A DNA stretch of 40,725 nt from Octopus bimaculoides. Its lineage: Eukaryota. The stretch covers positions 64,990,728-65,031,452 of the forward strand of contig NC_068990.1 in NCBI RefSeq assembly GCF_001194135.2, read 5' to 3'. Both the position numbers and the translations under genes were made by a program. Shown here in pieces: positions 32,471-40,725 of the stretch (the first letter of the stretch is position 1; each line of letters begins with the position of its first letter). Below the pieces are notes generated by a model that saw nothing but the letters and a program-made list of their open reading frames with translations, was not told where the DNA came from and did no database searches.

Positions 32471-33489
32471 TACATATACATCCATGTACGTATGTGTACA
32501 AGTATAAACATACACACTTACACATATACACAGACGCACACATACGAATACATATGCATGTATATAATACAGACATCCACATAAAAACATATCTAGGTCC
32601 TAACGTACATATACAAACAACTTTTTACAAATTGCTGAGAGTATAATAATAAAAAATCAGATAAAAGACATGCAAAATAGAACACCATATATCGAATTAT
32701 CTATAAATATAACGATTAAATGGGTTTGTAAAATGTAATAAAATGGAATAAAAAATAAAATCTTAAACATGAGAATAATATATACAGATAACAGTCGAAG
32801 GTTTACTTAAGAAATACGTCGAAATATATACAATATCTTTGCGATGCAAAAAACCAAGCATTACAAAATACAAATCCAACAGTGGGATTGAAAACTAGTT
32901 CAAGATTCACAAAATATATACTATCCAATATGGTATTTTGTCAGCTGACTCTTTAAATTTTGTTGTGTGTCTGCAGGAATTCAAGAGTTCATGTCTTTGA
33001 TTCAAAGCACTATTGTCCTGGAATAAAATATAGAATTTTTCCAAAAGTCATAAATTACATTTGATGGGTCTTTTATGCGCACCGTGTCTGTAAGGTGATG
33101 CTCTATCTAAAATTCTCCAAGTCACGTTATTTACGTGTTTGTGTGTGTGTGTGTTTATGTCTATGTGTGTGAATGTGCATTTGTGTGAGTGAAGTTTGTA
33201 TTTCTTTCACATTCATTGGTTTCTAAACAATAGCTTCTGGTGGTATTGTTTGTTTGCATGTCTGGGCTTCTTGACATGTTGCATGATTTTTATAAACAAA
33301 AGGCTTATTCAACCAATGGTATTTATTTCCAGTTCTCCACATAAGTTTGCTGTTTGCTAGACAGAGAGATTGGAAAGAAATAGAGTGGACACATGGAAAG
33401 ACATTCAGTAGGAAACAATTCTGCCTCAACGCACTTTTGCCTGACACATGAAGGCATCAAAAGCAGATGTTAAAGTGACAACAATGACA

Positions 33490-33520
<31 letters not shown>

Positions 33521-33820
33521 AAGTAAGCACCCATGTATGTGTACACACTTCTGTCATCATCTGAGCAAATCAGTAATATGGTGTGTACATTCCTAATTGA
33601 CATGACAATTGGTCACTTTGCATGTTCAAAGACTAGTCAAATATATCTGAAAAATAGGTAAGTGTTGGTAACAGGAAGAGCCTCCAGCCATAAAATGTTG
33701 CCTCAAATGTTGCCCCATCCAGCCCCACCATAGACATTAAATGAAAGAACACCATTTTAAGCAACTGACTTTTTATGTGCACATGTTAATTCGTTTTGTG
33801 TGCATGCAGATGTAATAGTT

Positions 33821-34200
33821 TAGGTGTTCTCAACCATTTTTTTTTTTTGTGGACCCCTTTGGTTACTATTTTATTCTGGTGGACCCCTTTGGTTACTATT
33901 TTATTCTGGTGGACCCCCATAACCATTTGATACTTAAAAACTAATTTTATAGATACTTCTTTCAAAATTCCTATTTTGTTTCTCACACATTAATTTGTGT
34001 CTGCTGAACTATGTAAAATGTTAGTGAAAAATGCCTAGCTGTTTCTTGCCATACATACCAATACATACATTTAAAGCAAAACTTTTTCAAGGTCCCTAAA
34101 ATACTATTGTGGATCCATAATATACTATTTTGTTGCATGAACCTCCAAAAACTTTATATGGACTCTCAGAGGCCATGTGGACCCTGACTGAGAACCACTG
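33821..34200. mobile_element. hAT-type MITE related to 17154-17411, with a 30-bp internal tandem duplication
   Basis: taggtgttctcaac ... gactgagaaccactg. The unit gtggacccctttggttactattttattctg occurs twice. TSD imperfect. Confidence 0.7.
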
Positions 34201-34308
34201 GTTTAGAAGAAAATACCTTCTTTCCCAAATCAACACCTTTGTAAAGTATCAAGAAATAAACATCACATAACATCTTGAACATGAAAATAGAAAAAAAGAA
34301 ATACTTAC

Positions 34309-34403
34309 TAGTCGAAACTTTCAGCAGGGGTTTGATTACCAAAATCTTTCCACGATATCACATCTAATTAAACAATTATTGGAACCATTTCTTTATAAGC
34401 TGC
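34309..34403 (-). other. Candidate 5'-UTR exon (95 nt) of the ROCO gene
   Basis: Long polypyrimidine tract tttttgtttcttttttttcctccctcttctAG (AG at 34405-34404) and donor CTA|GTAAGT (GT at 34308-34307). Same strand as the gene. No transcript evidence. Confidence 0.5.
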
Positions 34404-35062
34404 CTAGAAGAGGGAGGAAAAAAAGAAACAAAAAGCATTAACAGTTAGATAATATACAAAAATAAATTTAATCAAATGTTCATTTCAACAACAGGGTCAA
34501 ATCATAAAAACATTGAATCAATTTATTTATAAACAGTATATCAGCTTCATGTGTTGAAGTATAGCCACAAACAAGTGAAATAAAACAATCTATGAACAAC
34601 AACAAAATATTCCAAACAAAACACCTTTGTTATGTTTAAACTTCCAAGCTCCACCTTAACCACAATGCCCAAGTTCTCTGGAATTCCTTCCCTGCTCATA
34701 TCTTTCCCACTATGAGCACTGCCTTTTCCTCCAGACCCACCAGGAAAATAAATAACTACACACACAATAAAACTATCTATTGAACAAAATAATGAAGAAG
34801 TTTCTATGCAATTGTTATTTCTAGAAAGATCTCTGCTCGTTAGTTTTAAAACATTGTTTTAAAAAAAAGAAAAAATTTCATAATGGTCACAGCTCCATTA
34901 GAAATAATAGGGAAAAATAACTTATCAAAAAGTCATCATAGAGGATAAATACAGAACATAACAAGCCAACAGGGGGCTTCAACATACTAGAAATAACAAT
35001 CAAATCCTCCTTGAATCATATTGTGCTATCTTAAAAAAATAAAAAGAAAAGATACATCAGAT

Positions 35063-35460
35063 AGGCGCAGGAGTGGCTGTGTGGTAAGTAGCTTGCTTAC
35101 CAACCACATGGTTCCAGGTTCAGTCCCACTGCGTGGCACCTTGGGCAAGTGTCTTCTACTATAGCCTCAGGCCGACCAAAGCCTTGTGAGTGGATTTGGT
35201 AGACAGAAACTGAAAGAAGCCTGTCGTATATATGTATATGTATATATATATATGTGTGTGTTTGTGTTTGTCCCCCCAACATCGCTTTACAACCGATGCT
35301 GGTGTGTTTACGTCCCCGTAACTTAGTGGTTTGGCAAAAGAGATTGATAGAATAAGTACTAGGCTTACAAAGAATAAGTCCTGGGGGTCGATTCGCTCGA
35401 CTAAAGGTGGTGCTCCAGTATGGCCGCAGTCAAATGACTGAAACAAGTAAAAGAGAAAAG
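35063..35460 (+). mobile_element. SINE family B, full length: tRNA head, CORE-like ccttgggcaagt domain, internal (TA)n/(TG)n, A/G-rich tail
   Basis: A-box-like TGGCTGTGTGG, B-box-like GGTTCAGTCCC, then gtggcaccttgggcaagtgtcttc (CORE-type motif). Further fragments at about 12205-12265, 12600-12735, 16420-16580, 17660-17750, 21560-21640 and 36520-36650. Confidence 0.85.
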
Positions 35461-35689
35461 AGAGTATACAAAAGTTTCACATTAACTATGTCTGACAAAA
35501 TAGACCAAGGCTATAATGACCTTGATCATAGGTCTACTTAATCAAAGCAGACCTAGGGCTGAACAACAAACTATAAAGCTACTCATTAGCTCTGGATTCA
35601 GTAACCGTAACTAACTATATGCAAGATGTATCTTTTCAAGCAAAAACTATACATCTGTTGCTTGCGAGAAAAGTCTAGAAAATCTAGTA

Positions 35690-36003
35690 CAGTGGTTCCC
35701 AAAGTGGGCGGTATTGCCCCACACCCCTGGGGCAGTAGAAAGTTCCAAGAGGGTGTTGAAGAAAAGTGGGGCAATAATAGGTAAGTGATTCATGAAAAAA
35801 GTGGGGCAATAATGAGGAAACAATTCATGTAAAAGCAACAAAATAAAGGGTTCATTAGGTGAAGTTTTATTTGTGAAATACAGTCACTTTGAATTTGCTT
35901 TAGAAAGAGGTCTATGTTTGTGATGGTTAGTTGGGGTGGGGGCACTAGGAATGTGGCTTGGGTGTCAAGGGAGCAAAAACCTGAAAAAGTTTGGGAACCA
36001 CTG
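35690..36003. mobile_element. hAT-type MITE
   Basis: Perfect 14-bp TIR CAGTGGTTCCCAAA / TTTGGGAACCACTG. 8-bp TSD ATCTAGTA / ATCTGGTA. Confidence 0.88.
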
Positions 36004-36304
36004 ATCTGGTACATTTAGAATCCTAGAAAATCTAATATTTTTCCTAACACTCCAAGTAAACTCGCATAATTTCAAAAGACACAACAAACATCCATGAATT
36101 TGTATCTAAATACCATTTTTTTCAATTATCTCCACAAGGTGGGGTTATATAAAGCAGGACAAAAGAAGCACTGGTGCTAGTGCAACATAAGAAGCACCCA
36201 GTTCACTTTGTAAAGTGATTTTTGTTAGGAAAGGCATCCAGTTAAAGAAACCATAGCAAAACAAATAAGGGAATTGGGTGCAGCTCTCCTGTCAAATAAT
36301 GATG

Positions 36305-36470
36305 ATCATCATCATCATCATCATCATCGTTTAACGTCCGCCTTCCATGCTAGCATGGGTTGGACGATTTGACTGAGGACTGGTGAAACCGGATGGCAAC
36401 ACCAGGCTCCAATCTAATTTGGCAGAGTTTCTACAGCTGGATGCCCTTCCTAACCCCAACCACTCAGAGA
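36305..36470 (-). mobile_element. SINE-like family C tail
   Basis: Differs from about 37297-37455 at only about 3 positions over about 160 bp. Confidence 0.8.
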
Positions 36471-37294
36471 TGATGACAACAACTAACACGATACATACAC
36501 AACAGATCTGCATAACAACATGTAGATCAAGGCTTTGGTCAACCTGGGACTAAAATGGAAGACACTTGCCCAAGATGTCATGCAGTAGGACTGAATCCAA
36601 AATCATGTGGCTGGAAAGTGAATTTCTTCACCACACAGCCATGCCAGTGTTTTTTAATCTCTACACAGTTTTGTTGAAAGAAAAGAGAAATAAGTGGAGA
36701 ACATTCAGTAATTACAACACTACTCCACATGCAGGCAATGTGAGTTGAGGAGCTTTGAGGAGAATAAGACCTGTAGAGAGGTAGAGTTTATCTCTTATCA
36801 GCCCAATATTTTGATAACTTCCAAGAAAAAAAATTATCTATCAGTTTGCTCAAACAGAGGTGACTGTAGGTTACTCAAGAACAATACTAAAAAATAACAG
36901 CAAGAGAAAAGTGACTGTATCCATAGCATATTACCTGCTATATAATTTTCTCTTGCACAACCAACACAAACTACCATTTTTAACTTTTAATTGACAATGT
37001 AATGGCAGGAAGGTCAAAACCACATCACAATAACAGACATTTAGCATTATTTAACAAAACAAAATATAACTATGCAAACATGTGGTTTATAAGTTGTGCA
37101 TAAAAGTGTGTATGTGTACATAGATAAAGTATGAGCATAGATAATTGTTTGTTTGCATGTATTAATGTGTGAGCATAGGTAATTGTTTGTTTGCATGTGT
37201 ATATGTATTTAGATAAATGGATGCTTCTATGGGAAAGTATGTGACATGAAGATTACTACTGCAGTATATGTGAGAAAATGCCTATTTGTAATAA

Positions 37295-38475
37295 CATCAT
37301 CATCATCATCATCATCGTTTAACGTCCGCTTTCCATGCTAGCATGGGTTGGACGATTTGACTGAGGACTGATGAAACCGGATGGCAACACCAGGCTCCAA
37401 TCTAATTTGGCAGAGTTTCTACAGCTGGATGCCCTTCCTAACGCCAACCACTCAGAGAGTGTAGTGGGTGCTTTTACGTGTCACCCGCACGAAGGCCAGT
37501 CAGGCGGTACTGGCAACGGCCACGCTTGAAATGGTGTCTTTTATGTGCCACCTGCACAAAAGCCAGTCCAGGGGCACTGGCAACAANNNNNNNNNNNNNN
37601 NNNNNNNNNNNNNNNNNNNNNNNNNNNNNNNNNNNNNNNNNNNNNNNNNNNNNNNNNNNNNNNNNNNNNNNNNNNNNNNNNNNNNNNNNNNNNNNNNNNN
37701 NNNNNNNNNNNNNNNNNNNNNNNNNNNNNNNNNNNNNNNNNNNNNNNNNNNNNNNNNNNNNNNNNNNNNNNNNNNNNNNNNNNNNNNNNNNNNNNNNNNN
37801 NNNNNNNNNNNNNNNNNNNNNNNNNNNNNNNNNNNNNNNNNNNNNNNNNNNNNNNNNNNNNNNNNNNNNNNNNNNNNNNNNNNNNNNNNNNNNNNNNNNN
37901 NNNNNNNNNNNNNNNNNNNNNNNNNNNNNNNNNNNNNNNNNNNNNNNNNNNNNNNNNNNNNNNNNNNNNNNNNNNNNNNNNNNNNNNNNNNNNNNNNNNN
38001 NNNNNNNNNNNNNNNNNNNNNNNNNNNNNNNNNNNNNNNNNNNNNNNNNNNNNNNNNNNNNNNNNNNNNNNNNNNNNNNNNNNNNNNNNNNNNNNNNNNN
38101 NNNNNNNNNNNNNNNNNNNNNNNNNNNNNNNNNNNNNNNNNNNNNNNNNNNNNNNNNNNNNNNNNNNNNNNNNNNNNNNNNNNNNNNNNNNNNNNNNNNN
38201 NNNNNNNNNNNNNNNNNNNNNCATGTGTGTGTGCGTGTGCTTGTGTCGCCCACACAAGAGCCAGCCCAGGGGCACCGGCAACGATCCCGCTAGGAAAGAT
38301 TTCATGTGTCGCCCTCACATGAGCCAATCCAGGGGCACTGGCAACGATCCCGCTCGAAAGATTTCATGTGTCGCCCGCACATGAGCCAGTCCAGGGGCAC
38401 TGGCAACAATCCCGTCCCGCTCAAAACATTTCATGGGTCACCCGCACAAGAGCCAGTCCAGGGGCACTGGCAACA
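37295..38475 (-). mobile_element. SINE-like family C copy with an expanded internal ~62-bp tandem array spanning the 635-N gap
   Basis: Tail at 37297-37455. The unit atgtgtcgcccgcacatgagccagtccaggggcactggcaacgatcccgctcgaaagatttc occurs about 2 times before the gap and about 3.7 times after it. Confidence 0.75.
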
Positions 38476-38580
38476 AACAAGAAACATAAAGACTTGTGTG
38501 TTTATGTGTGAACATGATAAGAAAAATTACAGCTCATTTTGTTACTGGTTCAGTGATTTATTTCACCAACTGAAACTTAC

Positions 38581-38608
38581 CTTACAAAGAAACATTAACA
38601 AGATCAAT
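38581..38608 (-). other. Candidate 28-nt 5'-UTR micro-exon
   Basis: Acceptor tgtatttatgccttcAG (AG at 38610-38609) and consensus donor AAG|GTAAGT (GT at 38580-38579). Confidence 0.35.
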
Positions 38609-38814
38609 CTGAAGGCATAAATACACAGATATACATTACATATACAAACACATGCACTGACATAAACACACATATATTGGACAAACGCCTACATACAATA
38701 GATACAAACATAATACGCACATATACACAGTTAACAACATACATATGTTCAGAGTATGTATACAAACACCAGTGTGCGTGTTTATGTCCGCATCATATAC
38801 ATATATATCATCAT

Positions 38815-39001
38815 TATCATCATCATTTAACAACCATTGTCCATGCTGAAATGGATTGAACAGTTGGATCAGAGCTGGTAAGGTAGGGAGCTCCATCAGA
38901 CTCCAGTCTGATTTGGCATGATTTCTACAGCCAGACGCCCTTCCTAACACAACCACTATACAGAGTGTGGTGGGTGCTTTTACGTGGCACCGCCACAAGT
39001 A
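38815..39001 (-). mobile_element. SINE-like family C, diverged copy
   Basis: (cat)n ttaacaaccattgtccatgctg...ctacagccagacgcccttcctaacacaaccac...gtgcttttacgtggcacc. Confidence 0.65.
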
Positions 39002-39063
39002 CTTTACACCACCAGCTGGATCAGTCTTAACACTTCTGCTACAGAGTACGGATCTTCTTGTGC

Positions 39064-39102
<39 letters not shown>

Positions 39103-39135
39103 CATCTGTAAATATAATATGTGACAATTATTCGG

Positions 39136-39208
39136 TAGCCATGATAAAACTTTGAGTTTTGGATGTCGGGGCGGAAACCCATGCTGGCATCTCTTCAGTT
39201 ATTGGGCC
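39136..39208 (-). ncRNA. Decayed paralog of the 426-504 hammerhead element
   Basis: The reverse complement reads ...tggcccaataa CTGAAGA gatgccagcatgggtttccgccccgacatcc AAAAC tcaaa GTT ttatcatggcta.... Homology to about 420-540 includes ccgccccgacatcc and aataattgtcacatatta. GAAA has become AAAA. Confidence 0.55.
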
Positions 39209-39756
39209 ATTGAAAAATANNNNNNNNNNNNNNNNNNNNNNNNNNNNNNNNNNNNNNNNNNNNNNNNNNNNNNNNNNNNNNNNNNNNNNNNNNNNNNNNN
39301 NNNNNNNNNNNNNNNNNNNNNNNNNNNNNNNNNNNNNNNNNNNNNNNNNNNNNNNNNNNNNNNNNNNNNNNNNNNNNNNNNNNNNNNNNNNNNNNNNNNN
39401 NNNNNNNNNNNNNNNNNNNNNNNNNNNNNNNNNNNNNNNNNNNNNNNNNNNNNNNNNNNNNNNNNNNNNNNNNNNNNNNNNNNNNNNNNNNNNNNNNNNN
39501 NNNNNNNNNNNNNNNNNNNNNNNNNNNNNNNNNNNNNNNNNNNNNNNNNNNNNNNNNNNNNNNNNNNNNNNNNNNNNNNNNNNNNNNNNNNNNNNNNNNN
39601 NNNNNNNNNNNNNNNNNNNNNNNNNNNNNNNNNNNNNNNNNNNNNNNNNNNNNNNNNNNNNNNNNNNNNNNNNNNNNNNNNNNNNNNNNNNNNNNNNNNN
39701 NNNNCAACCACTATACAGAGTGTGGTGGGTGCTTTTACGTGGCACCGCCACAAGTA

Positions 39757-39993
39757 GCAGACATTCCTTTTACATTCAGAAGACTGCAATTCCCCCTTCG
39801 TATCACTTTGGCCATGTCCATTAATAAATCTCAGGGTCAAACCTTCTCTGTAGCTGGTCTTCTCTTGGAAGAGCCCTGCTTCTCACATGGACAACTGTAT
39901 GTTGACTGCTCAAGAGTGGGAAGCAAAACAAACCTATTTTCATATGCTCCACAAGGAAGAACAAGGAATATTGTTTACAACGAGATGTTATAA
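39757..39993 (+). mobile_element. Helitron PIF1-type helicase C-terminal fragment
   Basis: PFTFRRLQFPLRITLAMSINKSQGQT...EEPCFSHGQLYVDCSRV...GRTRNIVYNEML*, the typical end of Helitron RepHel (SF1 helicase motifs V and VI). Confidence 0.88.
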
Positions 39994-40110
39994 TGACAAC
40001 AGCAAGAAAGTATGTACATGATCACTTTCTTTTACCAAACTTCATTGACTTTCAAGTATTTATATTGATATACATATATATATGTGTGTTTCGGTGTGTG
40101 TGTATATATA

Positions 40111-40400
40111 TCTATATATATAAAGATGAGAATGTGTGTCTGTGTGAATCCCTAAAACTCAAGAACTACACAACCAATTTCATTCCAAATTTATACATGC
40201 TTTAATTAGGGTCAATGTAGTGTCTTAGGCCAAAAACATTTTTAACTTCTTGCATAGTTCGAGCCCACACCAATATCATATCTCCTCCACTATTTCAGTA
40301 TTACGTGTCAAAAGTGAAACAATAACATCACTCTACTGTAATGTCAGATACTTTCACTTTAATACTTTCAATTTCATACCGAAACTATTAAAGTGAAACT
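40111..40400 (+). mobile_element. Helitron-like 5' end (A|TCTATATATATAAAGATG...)
   Basis: TC start after an A, TC(TA)nAAA pattern and short (TG/TGTC) run. A second copy lies at 32273-32470. The 3' boundary is uncertain. Confidence 0.55.
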
Positions 40401-40725
40401 ATATACTCTCACATACATACAGGCATACTATAAGACCCAAGTTAAAAACATTCCCAACAATTCAACTTCTCTGGTTGACATTAACACACCCACCCCCAAT
40501 AGGAGCCTTCATTCCCACATTTTAGAGCTCCATGAGCTCCATTTTTCAGGAGCAAAATCCTTTTTACAGGTTGCAGAAGACTGGAATTTTGGAATATGTA
40601 CATAAAGATCAATAGTATGGGATACATGTGTCATGATTAGAATTTTTTTACGGTGTGTAAAGAGGGAAAGAACCCTCATGTGCAATTTTGATGAAATTCG
40701 AATCATAGGTATTCCAGTTCCTTAC

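Larger units (their letters stand above)
927..39704. other. Assembly gaps at 927-961, 4766-4878, 15269-15691, 17791-17800, 21201-21289, 26899-26908, 31629-31638, 37587-38221 and 39220-39704
   Basis: N runs. Gaps inside the gene's introns could hide further exons. Confidence 1.

Noticed and set aside
34547-34765. 72-aa minus-strand ORF near the candidate UTR exon
   Set aside because: Non-ATG start, no recognisable motif and no supporting splice sites.
37476-38475. CRISPR-like appearance of the 62-bp palindromic repeats
   Set aside because: The units are contiguous with no unique spacers, lie inside a eukaryotic SINE, and have no cas genes nearby.

Overview
AT-rich, repeat-dense animal genomic DNA from a gapped draft assembly (9 N-gaps). 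The SINE families and microsatellite density suggest a coleoid cephalopod, probably Octopus; this is inference only. One protein-coding gene is supported, on the minus strand: an MFHAS1-like ROCO protein (LRR-ROC GTPase-COR). Its three coding exons can be rebuilt from the splice sites (25388-22277, 16819-16709, 14836-14553; both introns phase 1; about 1168 aa). The last exon adds a C-terminal death domain that vertebrate MFHAS1 lacks. Candidate 5'-UTR exons with a uORF lie upstream, and a consensus splice donor lies 5 nt after the stop. The rest is intronic or intergenic and holds at least five tRNA-derived SINE-like families, CR1-like LINE fragments, Helitron pieces, hAT and Tc1/mariner MITEs, minisatellites and microsatellites. 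The main second-look items are: (i) the LRR-ROC-COR-death domain architecture; (ii) a well-formed type I hammerhead ribozyme fold at 426-504 with a decayed inverted paralog at about 39136-39208; (iii) a head-to-head tRNA-SINE dimer with a hammerhead-like motif, flanked as one unit by an 11-bp direct repeat; (iv) a LINE arrangement that resembles a twin-priming 5' inversion. All similarity calls are by eye and from memory; no searches were run.
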